Assembly (NCBI RefSeq): GCF_021869535.1
Contig: NW_026262723.1
Coordinates: 71,796,001 to 71,860,000 of the forward strand
Source of the DNA: Mytilus californianus
Lineage: Eukaryota
DNA length: 64,000 nucleotides
Direction of reading: 5' to 3'
In this document: positions 38,815 through 51,061 of the stretch, piece after piece
Layout of the letters: every line of letters begins with the position of its first letter
How positions within the stretch are numbered: position 1 is the first letter of the stretch
Notes under the pieces: generated by a model
Told to the model about the DNA's origin: nothing
Database searches by the model: none
What the model saw: the letters and a program-made list of their open reading frames with translations, nothing else
Translations under genes and position numbers: made by a program

Positions 38815-39250
38815 TAACATGAAATAGAGAGGGGTAGATATAAAAGAATTCATAGAGAAAATAGAATATGTAAACATTTTAATATAAATGAGGTTGAAGA
38901 TGAAACCCACTTTTTCTTAAAATGTAAAATTAATAAATCTTTACGTAATCAGCTTGAGAAAGATATAAATAATATATGTCCAGAATACTTTAAATTGTCT
39001 AAAACAGATAGATTACAATTACTTCTATCTTCATTTGATATTATGCAGCTTACTGTTCCGTTCATTAAAAAGTCATTTGCACTGAGGGGAGTGGACACAA
39101 CACCTGCATAAATATTACTGTTTACCACTTTATATATGATGTTTAATATGTTATAACTTAAGTTTTGCATTGTGTATATATTTGTATTGTATTGTTTATA
39201 TATGCCTTCAACCCCTAAGGGTATAAATGTGCATTTCATTAATAAATAGA
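38815..39250 (+). mobile_element. 3' fragment of an RTE-X-like LINE
   Basis: EIERGRYKRIHRENRICKHFNINEVEDETHFFLKC, same motif class as 6431-6900. Confidence 0.8.
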
Positions 39251-39504
39251 TAACAATCTGTCCGACTATAGAGAAATACTTATGATGAGTTTTGTATAGA
39301 TAGTATGTTGGAACTAGATGGTCAGAGGTATGCTTCACGGTCTGTTAATCAGCGATTGTATACAACTGCAGAGCGAGTCAAGTTGTTAAGACCAAATGTG
39401 TTTTTTTCAAGACTATATACATTGGCTTTATAGGTTTGATACTTTAATCCTGGTATTTGTGTTGGCTGTAAATTTGAGCCACATTTACTGGGAAATAATT
39501 CAAT

Positions 39505-40110
39505 AAAATTGAGGATGGAAATGGGGAATGTGTCAAAGAGACAACAACTCGACCAAAGCACCCGCACCAAAGAGCAGAAAACAGCCCAAGGCCATCAATT
39601 GATCATCAACACAGCGAGAAAATCCTGCACCCGGAGGCGGGATTCAGCTGGCCACTAACCAAATGTGTACTAATTCAGTGAAAATGGACGTCACACTAAA
39701 CTCCGAAACATTTAAATGAACTAAAATTAAACATACAAGACTAACAAAGGCCAGAGGCTCCTGACTTTGGACAGGCGTAAAAATGCGGCGGGGTTAAAAT
39801 GTTTTGTGAAATCTCAACCCTCCCCTATACCTCTAGCCAATGTAGAATAAACAAACACACAACAATACGCATAGTAAAACTCAGTTTAAAAGAAGTCCGA
39901 GTCCGATGTCAGAACAGGTAACAGAAGAAACTAAGCAGAAAGACAATGATACATACATTAACAAAGGACTACTAGCAGTAACTGACATGCCAGCTCCAGG
40001 CCTCAATTAAACTGATTGAAAGATTATGTCTTCATAATATGAAAAGCAAGCACAATCCCTCCCTTTAGGGGTTAAGTTAGTATCATACCATCATAAAGTA
40101 TATGAGAAGA
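39505..40110 (-). mobile_element. Second interspersed repeat family (aaaattgag.atggaaatggggaatgtgtcaaagagac end), probably another retroelement tail
   Basis: Shares a core with the Penelope tail (ggctcctgact..ggaca.gc...gcggggttaaa...caaccctcccc); otherwise different sequence. Confidence 0.55.
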
Positions 40111-40324
40111 ACAAAACTCGTAAATATAGTTCAGTAAGAGCATTTATCCTTTTGTACTGGGCTTTATCAGTCCTTTTTGTAGCTTCCCTATTCGCTGGTA
40201 TAGAAGAACTAATCAGTTTGAAAGTATTCCACACGATTTATGACCGTCTTTGCAAGATTGTGATATCAATTTTTAATTCAAATTTAGCAAAGGTAATTTA
40301 TCGATGTTCAATCACATAAACCGA

Positions 40325-42475
40325 CTTATAGGCCGACAAAGCAGCCAACAATGTGGTGGTGGTATGACGTAATTACTACACGGAAGTCCTTAATGAAATT
40401 ATACATTCAACTACATTCAAGGCCGTACGCTCCATAGAGAGTCATATAGTAAATAATCATGTCACTACCACAGTTCAGCTTAAGGCCTCCTCGAAACATT
40501 TGAAGGTCCCAACTCTGTATTGGTTACCTAAACTACACAAAAAACCCGTAAAATATCGTTTCATCTTGGCCTCTAGTAAGTGTTCTACTACTAATCTTTC
40601 GGTGCTTTTAACGAGTTCCTCAACTACTATCAAAGAACTTATCGTTAATTTTTGTAATAACACATATGAAAACAATGGAATGAACCATTTTTGGAGTGTA
40701 AAAAATTCTTTGGATGTTTTAGATAAATTACATACATTTGATGGTCATTTTGATTCGGTTGACAGTTTTGACTTTTCCACTCTTTATACTACACTTCTAC
40801 ACAATCTTATCAAATAAAAGTTTTTCTATCTAATTAAATGGTCGTTTGATATATCTGGTTGCACATTTATTTGCTGCAACTCATATAAAGCCTTTTCTCT
40901 AATGAGAAAGGTAAATATGCTAGATATACTTACTGGAGGTGTGATGAGATGATTAAAGCACTAAATTTTCTCTCCTTGACAACATTTATGTATATTTCGG
41001 CAATAAAGTTTATCGACAGATTGTAGGTATTCCTATGGGCACCAATTGTGCCCCTTTAATAGCAGACTTGTTCCTTTACTGTTTTGAATCACAGTTTATG
41101 ACCAAACTCAGATAAATTCAACAACACTTACCGTTATCTTGATGATATTTTTTCGTTAACTAATCAAGAATTCTCTAACTATACTGCTGAAATTTACTCA
41201 AAGGAACTTACTTTAAATAAATCTAATATCAACAACAATATCTGTCCTTTCCTAAATTTTGATATTTCAGTATTACACCAGAAACTCTACACAAAAATTT
41301 ACGACAAAAGGGATGATTTTTCTTTCCCTATTGTTAATTTTCCCTTTTTGGACGGTGATGTTCCTTTGGCACCGTCTTACGGTGTTTATATATCCCAACT
41401 CGTTCGCTATGCTCGTGTTTGTAGTGACGTTTGGGATTTTAATGAGCGTAATCTATGTATCACTAGTAAATTATTAAGTCAGGGATTTTGTTACCACAAA
41501 TTACTTAAAACGTTTACTAAATTCTTTCATAGATTCAAAGATTTGGTATGCAAGTTTGACTGTATCTGTAGACAACTTATATAGCACACCCTAAATTTTA
41601 CGGTGATGTTGTAAACCGAGCCCGGAAATTTAGATACGACCTGCGTAAGCTTATCAATCCTTTAAATAAACTTATTCTAAAAGGTTACCTATTCAACACT
41701 ATAATTAAATCTTTGAATATTGTTTTTATCGGTGTAAATATTGATTTTGTTATCACTAAATTAAAATCATACTAAATATTACACATATGTACTTTCACGG
41801 TACTACAATCTGTTGATACTTATAGTTTGGCAATGCACCAGGTCATGTTTTTCTCTGACTGTGAATGACGTCTTTACACTAAATCCATTTTTAGTCTTAG
41901 ATACATGATTTTTTTCATTAGTTGTTATTGTCTTTGAACTAACTGTCAGCAACCTGCGAGTACTCTCAGATCTGTACTTATTGTATTTTTGTTTTTGGGA
42001 TGTATAAGTACCCATCCACGTCCACTTTGTGTTTTTGTTAGATGTATTTCTGTTTGTATCCATCTGATGAGTTAAGCCTTTTTCAACTGATTTTTATAGT
42101 TTGTTCTTATGTTGTACTGTTACACCACTGTCCCAGGTAAGGGGAAGGGTTGAGCGCTCACAAACATGTTTAACCCCGCCACATTCTTTGTGTGCCTGTC
42201 CCAAGTCAGGGGCCTGTAGTTCAGTGGTTGTCGTTGGTTCATATCTGTCATATTTGTTTTTCGAAAACTGTTTTGTTATAAATTAGGCCGTTAGTTTTCT
42301 CTATTGAATTGTTTCATATTTTTCATGTCGGGGCCTTTTAAGCCGACCATACGGTATGGGTTTTTCTCATTGTTGAAGGTCGTACGGTTGCCTATAATTG
42401 CTTACATCCACTCCATTTGAACTTTGGTGGATAGTTGTCTCATTGGCAATCATACCACATCTTCGTATTTTTATA
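40325..42475 (+). mobile_element. Second, more decayed Penelope-like RT copy with the same 3' tail
   Basis: DKAANNVVVV, YWLPKLHK, SFDFSTLYT, GIPMGTNCAPLIADLFL, RYLDD, SYGVYISQLVRYARVC with stops and frameshifts; tail 41776-42475 collinear with 19597-20332. Confidence 0.88.
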
Positions 42476-42779
42476 AGAAGACAAAATCAAGGTAACTAAG
42501 GAATCGCATGAACCCCAAAAGGAGCAAGAGCGATTATTTCTACACGGTAAGCATCTCCTGCTATACATGCATCACCAGCCATGCTGTCCACACTCAGCCA
42601 AAATGTCACAATCGAGAATACGAAACAAAGTGGGTAAAGTTACAGATTAGACGAATACTCTGGTATCTAAACACCAAGACAGTGAAAACAAGTAACCAGT
42701 GAGTTAAGACATATATTCCGTATCTGTCAACCAATATGATGGTGACAGAAAAACTTATGTAGTGTTGATTTCAGTCGTT

Positions 42780-42930
42780 CTTCCTAAAAAACTCAAGAGG
42801 AGTTGTGGTATTTGTAAGGCGCTCATCCTGCTAATGACATCCGCATAGTGTGAACATACATAAGCGTAGCTTATCAATTTAGATATGTAAACTCCATACG
42901 ATCTTTCAATTAAGCATGGGGAATAGTGGT
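42780..42930 (-). mobile_element. Small fragment of a more divergent Penelope-like RT
   Basis: RSYGVYISKLISYAYVCSHY resembles the SYGVYISQLVRYARVC motif. Confidence 0.55.
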
Positions 42931-43386
42931 GTAAAGCGCATGCAGAAAAATCAGAAGTTTTGTTATTATTGTAAAATACGAAACTATGATCATAGTATAT
43001 AAAACTGCAGTTCATGGGTACTGGTTTAATGTATCAATAAACATACAGATGTGTGTATCTTAGAAAAAACTACTTTCGACAATTTATTTTTCAATATTAT
43101 TAATATACTGATACTCTGAAAAAAGTAGTCATACATGTACTGCTAACAAATAAAGTGAAAATACCTATAAATCTAAATACAAAATATATCAGTTTGTATA
43201 ACATAACATCAAAATCTTTTTGCATTATAATGGATAACGTAATCTGAACAGTCAAGATATAAAATGTTCATTACAGATTACATTGTAACATGTACGGTAA
43301 CACATAAGTTTAAAATCAATTACACATCTTTTTATTTGAAGTAGATGTATATCGTGTAAAATTTAAGTTCAAGATTGGAAAGCCTG

Positions 43387-45777
43387 CTACGCAATATTTT
43401 CTCCCTCCATATTAATTCCCCTGTATATCAAATGACTTTCTACAATCTCGTCTATCTTTCTTCTCATTCTGAGAACTTTTCTTCTCTCATTTAAAGAGCA
43501 CATTCGTTTTAAAAGTTTCGGAATAAAACTGACAAAAAGTGTCGTTGCGGTTTGTGTGACAACATTCAATTCTTGAAAACCATCAAAATTCACTAAAATA
43601 CCCAAAGAAATATAAAGACAAAATATTATAATACTGATTTTTATAACTGAGACAAACACTTCAACTCGTATTGGTTTGTATGTATGAACAATATATTTAT
43701 AAAGATCCAGCGGGATATTTGCACCTTCAACTTCTCTTTTGTACAAATGTTGCATAATGCCCAGCTTCTTCCCTTTTCGTTTACAAACTTTTTTGGTTTG
43801 TACAAAAAGTTGTTCATATGTATCATTTACTGAATGAATACTGTCGTATATATACATAACAATTGTTATTCCGAATATCACCCATCCTTCTGTATAACTT
43901 GGGTTTACAAATAGCCCAGTATATGTAAAAATAGCAACTTTTGCAATAAATATAAAACTGTCAACAAATATAATGGAAAACATATAAAAAGTTATCATTA
44001 ACATCACAAATATGCAAGGTAAAATAAAAACAACCAAGCATTTCCCAATAGAACCTTTGTCGCCTAGCAAAGTTATCAGATTTCTTGTGTATGCTTTGAA
44101 TACGATCAATATCCCAAAAATTGTAGGAAAACCAAAAAATGCAACAGTTAACAATAGTTCAATTAAACAAGCAAATAAATAAAATAAACCTACTATAATT
44201 AAAAAGATGTAAGTAAAAATACCACGGTGAATGCGGTTTGTGAAATACTGAAATCTGCCGAGTTGTAAATCTAATACATATCCCCAAAAGCATGGATTTA
44301 ATAATGAAAAAATATTGGCCAGCATTGTTTGGTGAATTTTTGTATACCCTCCTTGGCCATTACATAAAACACGTTTAGTTCCAAACCGTTCTCTTAATCT
44401 TAAATTCATTGTCAAGGGTGACGATGGTTCCGAATTATTTACTGGAAGTCCACTTACAAGTGTTTCTCCAAGATCTCGTGGTACAGTAATGAAAATTATC
44501 AAACATCCGATATACGCACCTAACGCAACAAATGGTCCTCCGAGAAATATTAGAAAATTGTCTTTGCTTCGCTGGTATCCAGCTATCATTGATAAGAAAT
44601 CCTTTGGGGCGCCTTGCTTGACACTTTCGATAATAAAATCTCTGTGGTATATAAAATGAACCAAAACTTTCAGAAAAATAACAAGAAGACTTGTCACTGC
44701 TAATAAACATCGAATTATTCGCGAGGTAGTGATTGGATGAATCAAACAGCAGCGTCTGATTGGACTTGCAATTATTGAAAGTACAGTGATCGGGTTATGG
44801 TTTATCCATAATATTTCAAGTGGTCCCGATTCCTGGAGCAGCGGTGTTGATTCGTTTGGATTACCTTTCTGTTGATCGACGACTGGCCTTAGAAGCATGA
44901 ATATATTGTCTATTCCATTAGCATCTAAATGCTTATAGATATATGACAGAACCCAGGCGAGTACTATTCCGAAATAAAGATAAAGCACAACACCAATCAC
45001 AAATGGACATATCCACCATACACTTCCGAATTTAAATGATTCGCCAGGACATATGATCGTCATATTCTTTGTATTGACATCAAATATCTGTTTGCAACAT
45101 TTATAGCCTATAGTTTCTACAGGGCAGATGACTTGTTTGCATAATTTGTACAAAAACAGGCTTTCGATGAAGATTCTAGTTTTGAAACACCAGTAGCTAT
45201 AGTTGTATTGGTCATGCATCTTGGCTAGATCATGGTAAAGGTCGGCAAACGCCAAAGCAAATCTTTCCGTGGTATTTTTCTGTCCAATAGCTATATTACA
45301 ATTACCTTTAACCGTTATGTTAAGCCATAGTGGTAATGAAGTGTACTTTTTTAGCATCCCCATGGAGAGAGTTTCATATTCTGCTGGCCAATCAAGATAC
45401 TGTTCACCTCCTTCAAAACCATCGAATGTCCAAACCCATTCTAATGGTTGGATTACACATCTCGTGTATTTCACCGTCGACGAATGATTACAGAACTGAA
45501 AATGCAAGTTAACAAACCTGTACTTGAATTTTGTCACTTTATATGTAAAATATTCCTTACTCTCCGGGGTAAAGTGAAACGAACAGTCTTTGTCCAATTT
45601 TCTCTGATCCTTGTATGGCCGAACATCAGCGTAGTCACTGCATCTTATTTTCGAAGATTTCGCTACGTTTGTATAACAAAAACTCTTCTTTCTGTGAGAA
45701 ACTAAATTTGTTATGCTTTCACTTAATGTTGCATTAAAAAAATAATAAAGAATGATACATAATAATCCTATTTCCAT
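43387..45777 (-). CDS. 796-aa uncharacterised membrane protein, uninterrupted CDS (signal peptide, Cys-rich ectodomain, ~10 TM); paralog A
   Basis: 2.4-kb ORF in AT-rich DNA; collinear with 46881-49379 (YFTYKV, YTRCVIQP, ICP.ETIGY.CC, ESVKQGAP, FLIFLGGP, TMLANIFSLLNP, IFTYTGLF.NPSYTEG, VVTQTATT). Confidence 0.92.
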   Translation of the reverse strand: MEIGLLCIILYYFFNATLSESITNLVSHRKKSFCYTNVAKSSKIRCSDYADVRPYKDQRKLDKDCSFHFTPESKEYFTYKVTKFKYRFVNLHFQFCNHSSTVKYTRCVIQPLEWVWTFDGFEGGEQYLDWPAEYETLSMGMLKKYTSLPLWLNITVKGNCNIAIGQKNTTERFALAFADLYHDLAKMHDQYNYSYWCFKTRIFIESLFLYKLCKQVICPVETIGYKCCKQIFDVNTKNMTIICPGESFKFGSVWWICPFVIGVVLYLYFGIVLAWVLSYIYKHLDANGIDNIFMLLRPVVDQQKGNPNESTPLLQESGPLEILWINHNPITVLSIIASPIRRCCLIHPITTSRIIRCLLAVTSLLVIFLKVLVHFIYHRDFIIESVKQGAPKDFLSMIAGYQRSKDNFLIFLGGPFVALGAYIGCLIIFITVPRDLGETLVSGLPVNNSEPSSPLTMNLRLRERFGTKRVLCNGQGGYTKIHQTMLANIFSLLNPCFWGYVLDLQLGRFQYFTNRIHRGIFTYIFLIIVGLFYLFACLIELLLTVAFFGFPTIFGILIVFKAYTRNLITLLGDKGSIGKCLVVFILPCIFVMLMITFYMFSIIFVDSFIFIAKVAIFTYTGLFVNPSYTEGWVIFGITIVMYIYDSIHSVNDTYEQLFVQTKKVCKRKGKKLGIMQHLYKREVEGANIPLDLYKYIVHTYKPIRVEVFVSVIKISIIIFCLYISLGILVNFDGFQELNVVTQTATTLFVSFIPKLLKRMCSLNERRKVLRMRRKIDEIVESHLIYRGINMEGENIA

Positions 45778-46880
45778 ATTTCAATTTGATGTTCTTCAAA
45801 TGTCCCAGTTATATGTTGACAACATACCTGTGTTTCACCTGTGTATATCTATTTTTGTGTCAAAGCCATGCCAATTTGAATTGTAATGGGTTTTCCAATC
45901 GTCATTTAAATCCCGAAATCGTGGTCGGGTTTCATATATTTACAGGACTTCTCACACTTACTTATTTAATCATATATTTAATGTACATATACTTCCTAAA
46001 TATGTATCTATTATATGCGGAAATTATGCAACTGGTTAATTGCTTTCTTCCTAAAATCTCGTGATACGTGCATCGTTATCAACGTTTTTGTAGTTATTTA
46101 TTTTTTTAAAAGCAGGATAATGAAGATGTGATTTTATTCTAAAATATGATTTTTTTTTAGTTCAATTGACTTTCTATAAGCCCGGTATACGCATTCCTTT
46201 GAAAGTCCGGGAAAAAACCACTTTATAAATCTGACACTCCATTAGTCGGACTCCATATAATCTGACAAGGTTTAACAATTACTTCATAAACTTGTACTTC
46301 TTTTACGAGTCTTTTTCTATACAATGTGGTCTTGTAGCTGTAGTGACAAAGCCAATGAAGTTCAACTATCATGGGTGAAATGGACCGTCCGAATTTGACC
46401 CCTTTTGAAGTTTGTCAAAGTAACCCATGCCGATGAGCTCAGCAGGTCAGTAGAATCGAAAACATGTGCTTTCTTTAATTTATTTTGAAATGACTAATAA
46501 TCATCAAATTTCTATGGTTTCCTTTTAAACTGACACCGAATAAAGTAATTTGGTCATTTATATTTTATTCTACTTTTAAAACAAATTGAATTCTTAAACC
46601 GTTTCTCCATTTATATATAACATAATACCCTAAGTCATTCAATGGTATAATTGAATAGTATATACCTTACAAATATCTAGACAACATGTTGAATGCACAG
46701 TATTTATAGGTCATTTATTTTGAACTTTCAGTATCGGTGTATTAAAAAACTTCCTCATGTGACTTAACACAAACGATTTAAATGTACTGAAAATTTAAAT
46801 ACACTTCCAAAAAATAACAGGTGGAAATTCCGATTTGAAAAGACTAACGCTGCTTAATTCCCATATTGAACATTTCTGTG
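45778..46880. promoter_or_regulatory. Candidate shared bidirectional promoter with Rel/NF-kB-like motifs
   Basis: GGGTTTTCCA 45888-45897, GGGAAAAAACCA 46209-46220, TGGAAATTCC 46822-46831 between two divergent start codons. Confidence 0.4.
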
Positions 46881-49379
46881 ATGCAGATATTCGCAATGCC
46901 AGATAAAAAGAATTATTTGTTATTGTTAGTATATTCTGTGTTAAATTTAAGATTGTCTTACTGTCACTATCAACAACCGAACGTTTTTCTGTCAGGTGTT
47001 ACCGATTCTGGAAATATGTCGAACATTGCCAATTCTTCTGAAGGCATACCATGTAGTCGTTACAAGGAATTAAGACCGTACAATAACAGAAATGCTTTGG
47101 ATAAAGAATGCATTATTTCTTTTACTCCTAGTAGTAAACAATACTTTACCTATAAAGTTATGAAATATAAATTCAAGTTTGTGCCAATCCATTTGAGGTT
47201 TCTGAACTTGTCATCACATAAGGAAATTCATTATACCAGATGTGTGATCCAACCCATGGATTGGATTTGGACATTTCGTGGAGTTGAGGGGAACTACGGA
47301 GGACGACAGTATCTAACCTGGCCACCGGAATATGGAACGCTCTCAATTGGCATGTTAAAAGCACACACTTCAACACCACTTCACATGAACCTAACCGTTC
47401 AAGGTAAATGTGACTTAGTGATTGGTGCCAAAAATACAACAATGCGCCTGGCAATGGCTTTTGATAATTTTACCAATGATCTTGCATTGACCAAAGATGA
47501 ATATAATTATAGTTACTGGTGTTATAAAGAAAGAATATTTGTTGAAAATTACTTTTTATATCAACTTTGTTTGCACGTCATTTGTCCAATTGAGACAATT
47601 GGTTATAGATGCTGCAAACATACATATGACGTTAACATACATGGATTTACTATCCGCTGTCCTGGACATTTCTATGTGTTTGATGGTGTATGGTGGGTGT
47701 GTCCATTTGTAATCGGCTTTATATTATATTTATACTTTGCATTAATGCTTTTTTCTCTTCTATCTGTTTTATACAAACACCTGCCGTTGATAGCTGGGCA
47801 TAGTAGCAACAACGTTCAACAAATTCCAAGTGCACGCAAACAACAATATAAAAATATGTCAGCAAACATTTACAGAAATTCAAAAGAAAAGGAAAAATGG
47901 ATTCACCATAATCCAGTTACTCTGTTTGCAATTTGTGTCATGCCGCTTAGAAAGTGCTGTCGTCTGTATCCGGTTCTGACGTCTCGAGTACTGCGTTTTA
48001 TAATTGCTGCTTTAAGTGTTGCGATTATATTTATAAAAGTGTTTGTTCATTTTCAATACGACCGCGCATACATAATAGAAAGTGTTAAACAGGGAGCGCC
48101 TATGAATTTTCTATCAATGATAGCTGGTTACCAACTGAGCAAAAATAACTTCTTAATATTTCTTGGTGGTCCGTATATTGCACTCGGGGCATATTTGCTG
48201 TGTTTTTTTGTTTTAGTTTGCTCTCCGAAATGTTTTTCAGACTTTCTTAAAGTGGGTTTACCCGAGAAAGCAAACAAACCAAGATTTGTTGTAACGATCG
48301 ATTTAAAGCTACGAGAGTTTTTTGGTTCACGCAGGATTCTTACTATTCGAGAAGACGGGTATGGAAAGATTCAGAAAACCATGCTTGCAAACATATTTTC
48401 ACTGCTCAATCCGAGGTTTTGGAAATACGCAATTTCACTTCAAATTGACCGATTCAAACATATTGCGGAAAAATTAATTGGGGAGAGTCTAGTTCTTAAT
48501 TGTTTCAAAGTGATAGCTTTTATCTTTCCTTATCTTACTTTTTGCTTCGTTGAATTGCTTTTTACATTAATGTGTTATGGTTTTCCGACTGTTTTTGCTA
48601 TTGGACTAGTCTATCGAGCTTATTCCAGGAACGTTTATGATTGGTTAAAAAACAGTAGGATAGGGTACCCAGCTATGTTTGTTGTGTTACCTGTTTGTAT
48701 TGTTCTACTAACTTTTACTGTTTATATGTTTTCTATAATTTTTATTGATAGCTTTATTTTCTTGTCGAGAGTTGCAATTTTTACATATACCGGTCTTTTT
48801 GCAAACCCAAGTTACACAGAGGGATACCTTATCTTTTCTATTACTGTAACAATGTACTTGTATGATAGCACCAACTCCATTAATGAGACTTACGAACAAC
48901 TCTTCAACCAGACAAAGAAAGTATGTAAACGATTGAATAGGCAACTTGCAGAGGATTGTCCTGTTATACTGCACACAAAGGACATTGAAGGAGCTAGAAT
49001 TCCGCTTGAGTTATACATGTTTGTAGTAGACGCTCAAAAACCAAAAAGAGTTGAAATTTTAAAATCGTTTCTTAAAGTAACCACCATATTCTTATGTTTG
49101 TACATTTCTGTTGGTATATTAACGCGATTTGATGGATTTCAGCAGCTTTCTGTAGTAACACAAACTGCAACCACAACTTTTGTGTGTCTCGTTCCAAAAA
49201 TATTTACCAGAATGTGTACTTTAAATGAAAGACGTGAAATTCTACAAATGAGAAGTAAAATTCATAAACATGTTGAACATTTTCTTCTTTGTAAAGGAGT
49301 TGATTGTGGTGGAATAAAATCATCGAGTGGAACTGAAAACATGACTATTGACTCAGATGTTGAAAATAGCTTATCCTGA
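46881..49379 (+). CDS. ~830-aa uncharacterised membrane protein, uninterrupted CDS (signal peptide, Cys-rich ectodomain, ~10 TM); paralog B
   Basis: ORF track starts at a TTG (46866); first ATGs at 46881 and 46896, the latter directly preceding the hydrophobic leader; collinear with paralog A. Confidence 0.92.
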   Translation: MQIFAMPDKKNYLLLLVYSVLNLRLSYCHYQQPNVFLSGVTDSGNMSNIANSSEGIPCSRYKELRPYNNRNALDKECIISFTPSSKQYFTYKVMKYKFKFVPIHLRFLNLSSHKEIHYTRCVIQPMDWIWTFRGVEGNYGGRQYLTWPPEYGTLSIGMLKAHTSTPLHMNLTVQGKCDLVIGAKNTTMRLAMAFDNFTNDLALTKDEYNYSYWCYKERIFVENYFLYQLCLHVICPIETIGYRCCKHTYDVNIHGFTIRCPGHFYVFDGVWWVCPFVIGFILYLYFALMLFSLLSVLYKHLPLIAGHSSNNVQQIPSARKQQYKNMSANIYRNSKEKEKWIHHNPVTLFAICVMPLRKCCRLYPVLTSRVLRFIIAALSVAIIFIKVFVHFQYDRAYIIESVKQGAPMNFLSMIAGYQLSKNNFLIFLGGPYIALGAYLLCFFVLVCSPKCFSDFLKVGLPEKANKPRFVVTIDLKLREFFGSRRILTIREDGYGKIQKTMLANIFSLLNPRFWKYAISLQIDRFKHIAEKLIGESLVLNCFKVIAFIFPYLTFCFVELLFTLMCYGFPTVFAIGLVYRAYSRNVYDWLKNSRIGYPAMFVVLPVCIVLLTFTVYMFSIIFIDSFIFLSRVAIFTYTGLFANPSYTEGYLIFSITVTMYLYDSTNSINETYEQLFNQTKKVCKRLNRQLAEDCPVILHTKDIEGARIPLELYMFVVDAQKPKRVEILKSFLKVTTIFLCLYISVGILTRFDGFQQLSVVTQTATTTFVCLVPKIFTRMCTLNERREILQMRSKIHKHVEHFLLCKGVDCGGIKSSSGTENMTIDSDVENSLS

Positions 49380-51061
49380 ATGCAATTTTAATTATTGTAA
49401 AAATTAACATGGAGATGAATATATAGATCAGTATTAATAATAAAATGATAAAATATTCATACAAAAACCACTTTTTAGTGTGGCAAAACTTGCCAATGAT
49501 CAGTAAATTGTGCTTACCAAGCGGTAACGTCATTATATTTGAAGCAATATTGCATGCGCTGCATGCAATACCGGCGAATATTACACACTTACTTTTGGTA
49601 AATTCTACAGGAATATAAATTTTCTAGTTATACGTTGCGGATTCAGGATGTTGAAAGGGGGATGGGGCTGGCAAGTCAACGTTTGGAGCGGTACTTGTAA
49701 AAAGTCTATGCATTTATCATCGATGTAGAAAGTCACATAAGATTTGCCCTTCTATTTTGATCATCATAGTCCTTAAAATTAGATTAATATATACAAAGGC
49801 AATTATGAGAAGGCAGTCGACAAAAAAATCATGAAAAGATATATTTCATTCGAATCGACAATTAGAACACAGCCAATTTTACAGACTCGATCTACTCTCT
49901 TTTTCTAACAGATAGATTTAAAATTTGTATAAAAATCCGGTTGCAATCAGGTAAATCCATTGTAAACCTTTAGTTTTCCGTGTAATATTTTATGGACACC
50001 ATTTAGTTAAGTCTTTGCTTTTGTGCGTATTTTTCAGGTAATTTTAGTATTTTCGAGGATTTTTGTTTCGATCGGGTGTCTGTCTTTCGTTGAATTATTC
50101 TTTGCATTGTCCAATTGGCATGTCCTTATGTTCTTTTTTTTACTTACCTTGTGCCACTATGTCTTACTTTGTTTAGAATTTACGCTCTCCAGACTGTTGT
50201 CACGCTCCTGTTCATTCATTCGATACATAATGTATGAAAAAAGAAAACTCGCATCTTTCTTTTTTGATTGTCATCGTAAATGTATGCTATTAAGGGATTA
50301 CAGAACAACATAAATGTATTATTTACTAGGACATATAATCAGAGTGCCTGTCACCGTTACTTTCAGTAAATTGAACGATAGCGCCAGTTCTTTTCTATTG
50401 AGAGCCTTGACTGCATGGAAGACAATCAAGAAAAACATAATGCTGGTAAGAAAGGTTCTTTTTCTAATATATCAAATTATTTTACAGATAGATAGTGATA
50501 TATGATTCTTTTTCTTTACTAAAACTTGACCTGTTTTATTCGTCTTGTATTCCCCCCTTATTCATATTCCGGTGAAGTCTTTTTTTTTTCAGTCTTAAAA
50601 ACTATAATACAATTATCATTGACAAGTAAGTCTATATATTTTACAATCGAAACGTTTCCACACCGAAGCTGTTATATACACGTAAATGGGTACATCTGGA
50701 GCATAAAAAGGGAAGAATAGTTTATCGTTTGTTTGCAAATTAATGTCCCTTTTCAAACTTTTCATTTGGTATACTCCCAATATAATGTAACGTACGATAT
50801 AAGATTTGCAGTAAACTTACACTCCCGTGAAACCTCATTGTATAATGTATGCGATGCTTTTCTTACTGCAATGAAAGCGCGTGATGGCAAGCAGTTGTAA
50901 AAAACGAAATGCTGTTGGAAATGTATATCTTAGATAACGTCCTAGTTCTCTTTTGTCTTAAAATACGAATGGTCATATTAGAATAAATAAATTGAAATTT
51001 AAATAAATATAATCGAAAATAAAAGATAAGACGTAAATGAAATAACTCTTTAGTAAATTGT

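Noticed and set aside
42064-42090. CTGATGAG in the Penelope tail (also ~19990-20020 and ~2950, minus strand) as a hammerhead
   Set aside because: No GAAA after the putative stem II and no stem III/UH
43641-48974. Short ORFs nested in or antisense to the two membrane-protein genes
   Set aside because: Shadow frames of long coding sequences
50415-50445. ATG...MEDNQEKHNA G|gtaaga as the first exon of a plus-strand gene
   Set aside because: No supporting downstream exon found before TTC26
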